This document shows, in pieces, positions 51,678 through 60,364 of a stretch of 64,000 nucleotides of DNA. Positions within the stretch are counted from its first letter, which is position 1. Every line of letters starts with the position of its first letter. The notes beneath the pieces are model-generated. The model had not been told where the DNA came from, made no database searches, and worked only from the letters and a program-made list of their open reading frames with translations. This DNA comes from an uncultured Acidobacteriota bacterium. GTDB taxonomy: Bacteria; Acidobacteriota; UBA6911. Position numbers and translations under genes: made by a program. The DNA lies in contig CAWEJX010000007.1 of assembly GCA_963809485.1 (NCBI GenBank), positions 384,001 to 448,000 on the forward strand, written 5' to 3'.

Positions 51678-52517
51678 TTATCTTCCCATGCGCCGGGCCT
51701 TTTCCAGGATCGAGGGCCGCGCTTCCTCCATCATGTCGCGGACAGCATCGTACCGCATGGTGCGCTGTTCGAAAGTGCGCTTCGTGAGAGCCCCGAGGAA
51801 CCGCCCTTCGAAATCCCGGAAATAGGATCCGTAAAGGTGATAGCTGTCTGCAATGTGGCAATATCGCCCGACTTTTATCTCTTTGCCCGACATCTCGGAG
51901 ATCCGGCCGGCCATCAGCTTCTGCAGCTGCACCAGGGCAAAGATGTTCATAAAAGCGGCCTTGTAGGCATCGTTGGAGCGGAAACGGGCATTGAGGCTGA
52001 GCAACCATTCGCCGTTTTCCTCGATCATACGGCCCCACAGGCTTTGAAGACAGGCCGGGTCGAAGCAGTCGTTGTCCTCCCAGACTTTCCAGGTGATCGC
52101 CTGTGCTCGCCGTGTGTGCGGGACTTCGGCCAGTTTCCGGCACATTGAATCGATCTGGTCGAAAGTCTGAAAACCCGGCACATCGTAGGCGAAGAGCCGG
52201 CGGTGATAGGTGTATTCCCATCGTGTATCCGCCGGATCCCCCGGATCGCGCACCAGGTGGTCTTTGATGCCTTCGCACACCTCCATGACATATTCCTGAA
52301 GCTCCACCGGCCCGCCGGGAAAATCTTTGTGGATCATGGGCTCACGGAGCGGATCGGCGATGGTCAGAATCATGGTGCAGTCTTTGCTCGGCGGATCTCC
52401 GTCCTTGTCAAATTGCGTGCGGATATCGCAACCGCGCCGGTGCAGTTCAAGCAGGGAGTTCTCCCAGCCGCGTGCGATGCAGTCCGCCTCCACATGCAAA
52501 ACAGGTATTCCGCTCAT
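51678..52517 (-). CDS. Thymidylate synthase-like protein (archaeal-type ThyA fold)
   Basis: YTYHRRL, TRRAQ, DPACLQ (catalytic Cys), FRSND, FMN, DSYHLY. Confidence 0.78.
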   Translation of the reverse strand: MSGIPVLHVEADCIARGWENSLLELHRRGCDIRTQFDKDGDPPSKDCTMILTIADPLREPMIHKDFPGGPVELQEYVMEVCEGIKDHLVRDPGDPADTRWEYTYHRRLFAYDVPGFQTFDQIDSMCRKLAEVPHTRRAQAITWKVWEDNDCFDPACLQSLWGRMIEENGEWLLSLNARFRSNDAYKAAFMNIFALVQLQKLMAGRISEMSGKEIKVGRYCHIADSYHLYGSYFRDFEGRFLGALTKRTFEQRTMRYDAVRDMMEEARPSILEKARRMGR

Positions 52518-52710
52518 CCGACACTCCCGCGCGAAATAGATATGTCTATATAGCACGGATGCGCATAAAACCGCCATGATGTTCGGACTTCATTTGCGGC
52601 AGCGCGGCTTTGAGAAAAGCAGGCAAGTCTGTTTGCCCCTGATTTCCCCGGCGTGCTAGACTCTTCCGCGATCCGGCCAAATCCCGGATGCGCGAAGGAG
52701 TCGACAAATT

Positions 52711-53355
52711 ATGCCCGATATGTCCCGGCTTTATGATGCGATCCTCAACGGCGAGGACAAACTGGCGCTGCAGCTTGTCCAGGAAGCTCTGCAGGAATCC
52801 GCCAATCCCACCGAGCTGATCGGCCGGTGGATGATCCCGGCCATGGATGAAGTCGGCCGGCGCTTTGAAGCCCAGGAATACTTCATCCCGGAAATCCTGC
52901 TGGCCGCCCGCGCAATGAAAACAGCGATGGAGCCTTTGCGCCCTCTGCTTGCGGCGCGCGGAGAGCAGCCGACCGGGCGGGTAGTCCTGGGGACCGTGAA
53001 AGGAGACTTGCACGATATCGGCAAAAACATGGTCGGCTCCATGCTGGAAGGCGCTGGCTTTGAAGTCACGGATCTTGGGATCGATGTGCCGGCGGAGAAG
53101 TTCGTCGAAGCGGTCGGGAACGGCAACGCGAACATCCTCGCGCTCTCGGCTCTTCTAACGGTCACACTGCCGGAAATGAAAAAAACCATCGAGGCGCTCA
53201 GCCGCGCAGGCCTTCGCCACCGGGTAAGGATCCTGGTGGGCGGAGCGCCCGTCACCCAGGCTTATGCGGATGAAATCGGGGCCGACGGATATGGGGAAAA
53301 CGCCGGCTCCGCAGTGTCCATCGCCCGCGCTCTTCTGGAAAAACAAAAGCACTGA
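52711..53355 (+). CDS. Corrinoid (cobalamin-binding) methyltransferase protein (MtbC/MttC/OdmA-like)
   Basis: Cap domain MIPAMDEVGRRFE; GTVKGDLHDIGKNMV; LSALLT; LVGGAP; IGADGYG. Confidence 0.93.
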   Translation: MPDMSRLYDAILNGEDKLALQLVQEALQESANPTELIGRWMIPAMDEVGRRFEAQEYFIPEILLAARAMKTAMEPLRPLLAARGEQPTGRVVLGTVKGDLHDIGKNMVGSMLEGAGFEVTDLGIDVPAEKFVEAVGNGNANILALSALLTVTLPEMKKTIEALSRAGLRHRVRILVGGAPVTQAYADEIGADGYGENAGSAVSIARALLEKQKH

Positions 53356-53443
53356 GCATGACCTTTGCCGCAGGAACCAGCGCCTTAAGAATCATCGTTA
53401 CTCCGCGTTTTTACAGCGTCCGTCGGCGTTAAAGGATCCTGGA

Positions 53444-53800
53444 GTCAGGTACCTCCGGCTTTGCCGGAGGCTTGAAAGATTAGATCCGCTCAAAACGGTT
53501 GGACTAGTTACGCCGGTCTTGAACGCTGACTTACGCGGGCAAAAGCCGATGAGGCGCTTCCGATCCCCGCAGGGGCCAGCGCTCCGCGCTGGACAGTTTA
53601 CTGCGGCCCTGTGGCAAGCGCCGTGCGGCAAGCAGATGAAGGGTATGAGAAACCGGGCGTTTGCCACAGTGCCGCCGCAGAAAACTCCATCGGAAGCGCC
53701 TCATCGGCTTTTGCTCGCCGAACAAATCGGCGTTTGTCAGCGTTTTAAACTACGGAGCTGTCAAACTCTTTGAGTCCCCCAGCCGAGCGCTGAGATTATC
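53444..53800 (-). mobile_element. IS200/IS605-like non-autonomous element, copy 4 (one end degenerate)
   Basis: GTCAGGTACCTCCGGCTTTGCCGGAGG start; inner module oriented as in copy 1; terminal hairpin decayed. Confidence 0.78.
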
Positions 53801-53868
53801 GATATCTTTGCCGTTTCAATTATCCCCCCGATCATCTATTCTGAAAATTCAGTCTTGGAGGTGATTGA

Positions 53869-56331
53869 TTGGCCGGCCTGAAAATCAAGCCAAGATCCAA
53901 AGACACTGAGATCCTTCGGACTACCGTGTGGTCTGCCGGACCCGGATGCCACGGGACTTGCGGCGTGTTAGCCCACGTGCGCAAGGGCAAGCTCGTCAAG
54001 ATAGAAGGGGATCCCGATCATCCCTGGAACCAGGGGCGGCTTTGCGCCCGCTGCCTGGCGATGACCCAGTATGTGTATCACCCCGACCGCCTGACGCGTC
54101 CCTTGAAGCGTGCCGGCGAGCGGGGTGAAGGGAAATGGGAGGAGATATCCTGGGAAGAAGCCTTCGACCTGATCGAAAAAAGGCTGGGCGATATCCGGGA
54201 AAAATACGGTCCTGAGAGTGTCGTTTTCAGTATGGGAACGGGCCGGGACATCAGCTCCTGGCTCTGCATGCTGGCTTACGCCTTCGGCAGCCCGAACGTC
54301 ATGTTCGCATTGAGCGGAAACGCCTGTTACAGCCCGAGGATTGCCGCGGTCGAAACCGTGATGGGCGACTACTGCGTTCCCGATGCCGCGCAGTGGCTTG
54401 AGACTCGTTACGAGGACCCGCGCTACCGGGTGCCGAAGTGCATCGTGATCTGGGGCTACAACATTCCCAACACGTGCCCCGATAACATTTTCGGCCACTG
54501 GTTCATCGATCTGATGAAGCGCGGGAGCGAAATCGTCTGCATGGATCCGCGGCTGACATGGTTTTCTTCGCGCGCGAAGCATTGGCTCAGGCTCCGGCCG
54601 GGCACCGACGGAGCCCTGGCCATGGGCTTCCTGAACACGATCATCCGCGAGGACCTCTACGACCGCGATTTTGTGGAAAAATGGACCAATGCCCCATTCC
54701 TCGTCAGAAAGGATACCGGCAAACTGCTGCGGGAGGCCGATCTGCGGAAGGACGGTTCACGGGACAATTTCGTGGTTTGGGACCGCGAAGCAGGGCAGGC
54801 GGCTGTTTGGGAATCCGGGAAAGCGGGATATGCGTCCGGGAATCCCAGGCCGGCTCTGCGCGGCGACTATTCAGTCGATCTGGCGGAAGGCTCCAAAGCC
54901 GAATGCCGGACTGTGTGGGATGCGTTCTGCGCCGAGGTTGACGGGTACCCACTCGACCGGGTATCGGAAATCACATGGGTGCCCAAAAAGGAAATCCAGG
55001 CCGCTGCCCGCTTCTTCGCCGAAAGCAAACCTGCGTCGATTCATTGGGGCCTGCCGATCGATTCCACCCCGGGCATTACACCGGCGGCACAGGCAATTAC
55101 GGCTCTCTGGTGTCTCACGGGCAACCTGGAAGTCCCCGGAGGGAACGTAATCGCCCGCAACGCCTTCGAATGCGTTTCGTACGCTTTGCCGGGCGCCGAA
55201 GGGATCATACGCCTCTCATCCAAAGAGGCGGATCAGCCGCGGATCGGCACCGACAAATACGGCCCGTTCAGAAAATTCATCTGGCGAACTCAGACGGACA
55301 CGGCCCTGGATCAGATTCTCAGCGGGAAACCGTACCCGGTCAAAGCCCTCTGGATACAGACCGGCAACCTGATCGCCGGCATCGGTTTTGAACCGAAAAA
55401 GTGGCGCGAAGCTCTCAAGAAGCTTGATTTTGTTGCGGCGGTCGACCTGTTTATGACCCCCACAACCCAGTTTGCGGATATTGTCCTGCCCGCCGCCACG
55501 TTTCTTGAAAAGGACAGCGTCCGGAGCTGGTGGGTTCCCCTGCAGACCATCAACAAAGCGATTTCCGTCGAGGGCTGCAAGCCGGATGTCGAAATCAATT
55601 TTGAGCTGGCCCGCAGGTTCGATCCGAACCTGCGCTGGAAATCCGTGGAGGAGCTGTTCGACGACATCCTGCGGAATTCCGGAATGACTTTCAAAGAACT
55701 GCAGGAAAGGGAGTGGGCCCTGCCGCCGGAAGGGCATTCAAGCGCTCCTTACCACCGCCACGAAAAGGGATTGTTGCGCAAAGACGGACAGCCGGGCTTT
55801 GCCACTTCCTCGGGAAAAGTGGAACTGTACTCCGTGCTTCGCGAGGAGTGGGGGCTGGAGCCGCTGCCTCACTACGAGGAGCCTCCGTTTACGCCCGTAA
55901 GCAGGCCCGACCTGGCAAAGGAGTATCCCCTGATTCTTTCCACCGGCCGGCGCTCCTTCGCGTATTTCAACGCGGAGCACCGAATGATCCCGTGGCTGCG
56001 GGAACTCGATCCGGACCCGACCGTTGAGATTCACCCGGATACGGCCAGGGCGCTGAATATCGGCGACGGCGATTGGGTGTGGGTTGAAAACTGGCTGGGC
56101 AAGCAGAAGTTTAAGGCCAAGGTGACGCTTGCGGTTCTTCCGCAGATGGTCATGGCGGCGCATGGATGGTGGTTCCCCGAAGAGGACGGCGCGGAGCCGT
56201 CTCTGTTCGGCGCGTGGAAGTCGAACATCAACCAGCTGATCCCGATGGGGAGCCAGGGAAAGGATGGGCTGGGCGCACCGATCAAGAATCTGCTGTGCAA
56301 GGTTTACAAAGCCCGGGGGCGGGATGAATAG
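53869..56331 (+). CDS. Cytoplasmic Mo/W-bisPGD oxidoreductase catalytic subunit (acetylene hydratase / catechol dehydroxylase-like clade)
   Basis: TTG start with GGAGG; WSAGPGCHGTCG...LCARC; YHPDRL..PLKR; SGNACYSPR; LRPGTDGAL; DLFMTPT; C-terminal IHPDTA..HGWW; no Tat signal. Confidence 0.85.
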   Translation: MAGLKIKPRSKDTEILRTTVWSAGPGCHGTCGVLAHVRKGKLVKIEGDPDHPWNQGRLCARCLAMTQYVYHPDRLTRPLKRAGERGEGKWEEISWEEAFDLIEKRLGDIREKYGPESVVFSMGTGRDISSWLCMLAYAFGSPNVMFALSGNACYSPRIAAVETVMGDYCVPDAAQWLETRYEDPRYRVPKCIVIWGYNIPNTCPDNIFGHWFIDLMKRGSEIVCMDPRLTWFSSRAKHWLRLRPGTDGALAMGFLNTIIREDLYDRDFVEKWTNAPFLVRKDTGKLLREADLRKDGSRDNFVVWDREAGQAAVWESGKAGYASGNPRPALRGDYSVDLAEGSKAECRTVWDAFCAEVDGYPLDRVSEITWVPKKEIQAAARFFAESKPASIHWGLPIDSTPGITPAAQAITALWCLTGNLEVPGGNVIARNAFECVSYALPGAEGIIRLSSKEADQPRIGTDKYGPFRKFIWRTQTDTALDQILSGKPYPVKALWIQTGNLIAGIGFEPKKWREALKKLDFVAAVDLFMTPTTQFADIVLPAATFLEKDSVRSWWVPLQTINKAISVEGCKPDVEINFELARRFDPNLRWKSVEELFDDILRNSGMTFKELQEREWALPPEGHSSAPYHRHEKGLLRKDGQPGFATSSGKVELYSVLREEWGLEPLPHYEEPPFTPVSRPDLAKEYPLILSTGRRSFAYFNAEHRMIPWLRELDPDPTVEIHPDTARALNIGDGDWVWVENWLGKQKFKAKVTLAVLPQMVMAAHGWWFPEEDGAEPSLFGAWKSNINQLIPMGSQGKDGLGAPIKNLLCKVYKARGRDE

Positions 56332-56332
56332 A

Positions 56333-56671
56333 ATGGAAAAGAAGCCCGAATTCGGTTTGCTGATCGATTACGAATATTGCACCGGATGCCACAGCTGCGA
56401 AATCGCCTGTGCCCAGGAATACAACCATCCGCCCGGCATACGCGGCATCAAGGTCTTCGAGGTGGAGCAGAAGATGCCCAATGGCCGGCTGTACCTGGCC
56501 AACTTCCCGTTTCCCACCGAAACCTGCGTCCTTTGCCCGCACCTCACCCGGGAGGGCATGGAACCGGCTTGCGTGAAGCACTGCATGGCTGCCTGCATGA
56601 AATACGGACGCGTCGAGGATCTCGCTGCCGAACTGGGGAAGAAGCCCCGCATGGTCCTTTGGGTCCCTTGA
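56333..56671 (+). CDS. 4Fe-4S electron-transfer subunit of the Mo enzyme
   Basis: LLIDYEYCTGCHSCEIAC; CVLC; ACVKHC. Confidence 0.88.
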   Translation: MEKKPEFGLLIDYEYCTGCHSCEIACAQEYNHPPGIRGIKVFEVEQKMPNGRLYLANFPFPTETCVLCPHLTREGMEPACVKHCMAACMKYGRVEDLAAELGKKPRMVLWVP

Positions 56672-56689
56672 ACAATTGACGATTGACGG

Positions 56690-57088
56690 GTCAGGCACCT
56701 CCGGCAGAGCCGGAGGCTTGAAAGATTGGAACCGCTCAAAGCGGTTGGAGGAGTTACGCTGGTCTTGAACGCGGACTTACGCGGGCAAAAGCCGATGAGG
56801 CGCTTCCGATCCCCGCAGGGGCCAGCGCTCCGCGCTGGACAGTTTTCTGCAGCGGCACTGTGGCAAACGCCCGGTTTCTCATAACCTCCATCTAATTGCC
56901 GCACGGCGCTTGCCACAGTGCCGCCGCAGAAAACTCCATCGGAAGCGCCTCATCGGCTTTTGCTCGCCGACCCTCGCCGAACAAATCGGCGTTTGTCAGC
57001 GCTTTTGTCAGCGTATCTCAGCGTTTCAAAATACGGAGCTGTCAAACTCTTTGAGTCCCCGGCAGAGCCGGGTTTACCAATAGAATTA
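56690..57088 (-). mobile_element. IS200/IS605-like non-autonomous element, copy 5 (inner module inverted)
   Basis: Full length; 56872-56904 is the near reverse complement of 16122-16154. Confidence 0.8.
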
Positions 57089-57226
57089 AAAGCCATCGTT
57101 GTTGATGGGCGTTATATTGTGGCTGAAGGCACAAATAAAGCCTCAGATTTACTGTGCAACGGAGTTGCGCCGGTCTGCATCGAAGATCCTGCCTCAAACC
57201 CGGCAGGAAGCCTTTGTTGACATCGG

Positions 57227-57697
57227 ATGCGGGTGCAGATAAGCTTTTCCTTAATGTTGATTATGGTATTTGCGGATCGCCGCATCATCGGTATATGGCT
57301 CTTAGCAGGGGCAATTGCCCTCCTGTTTCTGCACGGCCTGGTTGCAGGGCCGCTCTTTGTGCAATGCATTCTCAGTGACGGTCAGGCGAGGCTTGAGCTT
57401 TTCTGTCAGGATCCTCACCGGCACCACGATTCCGTATTGTCCGGCCCGTACCCGGCGGGATCAGCCCATGCACGGATGGCCGCAAGCGAGAGCGGCGGTC
57501 AAAACTGCGTCGATTTATCCCTCAATAATTCCGATTTGCTGCAGTCGGCGCGTTTCCCGCAATCATCCAATTTGACTGAGCTGGAAGCATCCATAAAACC
57601 TGTTGCCGGATTGCCATCAACGTGGACCGTACAGGCTGGAAATGCTGAGTCGGTTCCTGCGCATTCCTACCAAACCTACCTCCCGCTCCGGATTTAG
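57227..57697 (+). CDS. Small exported Cys/His-rich protein upstream of the czc-like operon (start uncertain)
   Basis: N-terminal TM; VQCILSDG, FCQDPHRHH, NCVDL. Confidence 0.55.
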   Translation: MRVQISFSLMLIMVFADRRIIGIWLLAGAIALLFLHGLVAGPLFVQCILSDGQARLELFCQDPHRHHDSVLSGPYPAGSAHARMAASESGGQNCVDLSLNNSDLLQSARFPQSSNLTELEASIKPVAGLPSTWTVQAGNAESVPAHSYQTYLPLRI

Positions 57698-57796
57698 GCA
57701 GGCGCCCCCTTTCCTTGCTCCAGACGTTTTGCTGGCATCTGAGGCAGCATTTCTTGGCCGCGGCATGCCGGGAACAAAAACACCCAAATTTCCGGA

Positions 57797-59095
57797 GTGA
57801 ACATGAAATCCTCATATTTTGCCGTGTCTTTTTTCTGCTGGTGGGCCTCGTTGAATCCGGCGGCATGGGCCTCTGAGCAAGGCTCGCAAACCGTCATTGT
57901 TGAAAAACTATCTATGTCTGCGGCGATCGCGCGTGTGCTTGAGATGAATCCCGAGCTGGCCGCATCCGGTCTGGAGATTCAAGCCGCTTCGGCCAGGATG
58001 CAGCAAGCGGGCCTCAGACTGAATCCGGAGATTGCCGCGGAGATCCAGAATCTGCCCGAATTCTGGGCTCACGATCTTTTCCGCACTACGGAATTCGAGG
58101 TGTCTGTGAGCCAGCGGCTGGAGACAGGAGGGAAACGGGCACTCCGGGTTCAAGCCGCGGGCAGGGAACGGGACGTGGCAGGCTCCACGTTGACCATGCT
58201 TCAAGCCGACTTGCTCGCCTCCACGCGCCTCGCCTTTTTGGCGGTTCTGGCGAACCAGGAACGGCTGGAAAACAGCCGCCAGCTGGCCCGCCTTGCCGAA
58301 CAGTCCCATGCCGTCGTGGCCGCGCGCGTTGCCGCAGGAAGGGCATCTCCTGTGGAACAAACCCGGTCCGCTGTAACCCTGGCAACTATCCGGCTCGAGG
58401 CAGAAAAACAGGCATTCGAATTGGTCGCCTCCAAAGACAGTCTGGCTGCATTGTGGGGCGGAGCATCCCGGGACTTTGACAGCGTCGATGCACCGTTCGA
58501 AATTCCCGTCGCGTCGCCGGCCGCCGGGGCCTGCATCGAACGCTCTCCGGACATGGCGCTCGCGGGCGCCATCATTGCTTCACGCAGCGCCGAGCTGGAG
58601 CTCGAACAGTCGATGAAAAAACCCGATCTGACATTGTCCGCCGGATACCGGCGCTCAAATCCGGAAATGTACAATGCATGGTTTGCCGGAATTGCCATTC
58701 CGCTTCCCTGGTCCGACAAACGCCAGGGATCCATCGCGGAAGCGCGCCACAGGCTGGAGCAGGCTTCCTTTGAAAAAAAAGCCGTCGAGCGCCGGCTCCG
58801 GTCCCGGCTGGCCCAGGCCCGCCACGGCTTTGAAGCGGCGATGATGGAATCGGCCGCGCTCGCAAATACCGCTCTTCCTGAAGCCGCAGGCGCATTGGCA
58901 GCCACGGAAGAGGGCTATCGCCTGGGAAAATTCGAATACCTGAACGTGCTCGATGCTCAGAGGACCTATGCGGAATTGCAGAGAAAGCACATCGAAGCGG
59001 TCGCCTCAGGCATGAAAGCTGCTGTCGAGCTGGACCGTTTCGCAGGTTGCGAATCCATGATCCCATATTCGAAGGAGCAGCGTGATGACGAGTAA
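57797..59095 (+). CDS. TolC-family outer membrane efflux protein (CzcC-like)
   Basis: NPELAA, QRLETGGKR, IPLPW, GYRLGKFEYLNVLDAQR. Confidence 0.88.
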   Translation: MNMKSSYFAVSFFCWWASLNPAAWASEQGSQTVIVEKLSMSAAIARVLEMNPELAASGLEIQAASARMQQAGLRLNPEIAAEIQNLPEFWAHDLFRTTEFEVSVSQRLETGGKRALRVQAAGRERDVAGSTLTMLQADLLASTRLAFLAVLANQERLENSRQLARLAEQSHAVVAARVAAGRASPVEQTRSAVTLATIRLEAEKQAFELVASKDSLAALWGGASRDFDSVDAPFEIPVASPAAGACIERSPDMALAGAIIASRSAELELEQSMKKPDLTLSAGYRRSNPEMYNAWFAGIAIPLPWSDKRQGSIAEARHRLEQASFEKKAVERRLRSRLAQARHGFEAAMMESAALANTALPEAAGALAATEEGYRLGKFEYLNVLDAQRTYAELQRKHIEAVASGMKAAVELDRFAGCESMIPYSKEQRDDE

Positions 59096-60293
59096 ACGAT
59101 CTTTTTCCTATCTTTCAGCCCTGGCGATCCTGGGAACGCTCTGTGCGCTGCAGGGGGCATGCAGAAACATTCAGAATCCCGCTGGGAAGCCGGGAGGCAA
59201 CGAATCATCCCCGACAGGTGCGGAGGTTGAAACCGGCAGGAAGGCGGATATGGTTCGACTGACCGATAGCCAGATGAAAGAGTTCGGCGTCGAGACGGGT
59301 CCTGCGGCACCGGGCCGGCTCAGGTTCGAGACGGTATTGCCCGGAGAAGTGGTGCTGAACGCCGACCGGATCGCCCATGTGGCGCCGCGCGTCCCCGGCG
59401 TCGTCCGCGACGTCCGGAAAAACCTGGGAGATACCGTCCGGCAGGGCGAAGTCCTGGCCGTCCTGGAGAGCCGGGATCTGGCCGACAGCACGGCGAGCCT
59501 GCTGGCAGCCCGGGAGCGCCTGATGCTCGCGCAGACTAATCTTGACCGGGAAGAGCAGGTCTGGCGCAAGAGGATATCGCCGGAGCAGGACTACCTGGAA
59601 GCCAAAAACAGACTTGCTGAGGCTCGCATCGAGCTGCGCACCGCGGAACTGAAGCTGCGCGCGCTGGGATTTTCCAGCGAATATATCGCGGCGCTGCCGG
59701 GCCGCAAGGATGAGGGTGTGATCCTGTACGAAATAGTGGCGCCTTTCGCGGGCACGGTGATGGAGAAGAACATTAACCAGGGCATGGTTTTGAGGGATGA
59801 TTCCGCCGCATTTGTGATTGCCGACCTGAGTACCGTGTGGGTCAACCTCGACATTCCTCAAAAAGACCTGCCGCTGATAAAAGTCGGACAGCCAGCGTCG
59901 ATTGGAACGGACGCGGATCCTGTCCGCCGGGCAGGGCACGTGAGTTTCATCGAGCCCATCGCCACCGAGACCAACCGGACGATTCACGCCCGTGTTGTCG
60001 TCCCTAACAGCGACGGGCGGCTGCGGCCTGGCTTGTTCGTGAACGGCCGGCTCCTGACGGACGAAGTACTGATCCCGGTTCTGGTTTCCAGCGAAGCCCT
60101 TGTGACCGTGGGTGGCGCCGTGTGCGTATTTGTCCGGGAGGATTCCGCTTTCAGGCTGCAGCCGGTCCAGACCGGGCGCACCGACGGCGGCCGCATCGAA
60201 ATTGCCCGCGGCCTGTCTCCCGGCCAGTTGTACGCGACCAAGGGCGCGTTCACACTGAAATCGGAACTTGAGAAACCCGAGGCGGAAGAATAG
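59082..60293 (+). CDS. RND periplasmic adaptor (CzcB-like)
   Basis: HVAPRVPG, APFAGTV, IADLSTVWV, LRPGLFV, GAFTLKSEL. Confidence 0.88.
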   Translation: MMTSKRSFSYLSALAILGTLCALQGACRNIQNPAGKPGGNESSPTGAEVETGRKADMVRLTDSQMKEFGVETGPAAPGRLRFETVLPGEVVLNADRIAHVAPRVPGVVRDVRKNLGDTVRQGEVLAVLESRDLADSTASLLAARERLMLAQTNLDREEQVWRKRISPEQDYLEAKNRLAEARIELRTAELKLRALGFSSEYIAALPGRKDEGVILYEIVAPFAGTVMEKNINQGMVLRDDSAAFVIADLSTVWVNLDIPQKDLPLIKVGQPASIGTDADPVRRAGHVSFIEPIATETNRTIHARVVVPNSDGRLRPGLFVNGRLLTDEVLIPVLVSSEALVTVGGAVCVFVREDSAFRLQPVQTGRTDGGRIEIARGLSPGQLYATKGAFTLKSELEKPEAEE

Positions 60294-60364
60294 AGCCCGC
60301 CCCGGACGCAAAGCCAGGATCCAAAACCTCCCGCGTTCCCGGAGGAAAAAATGGAGATTCGCCA

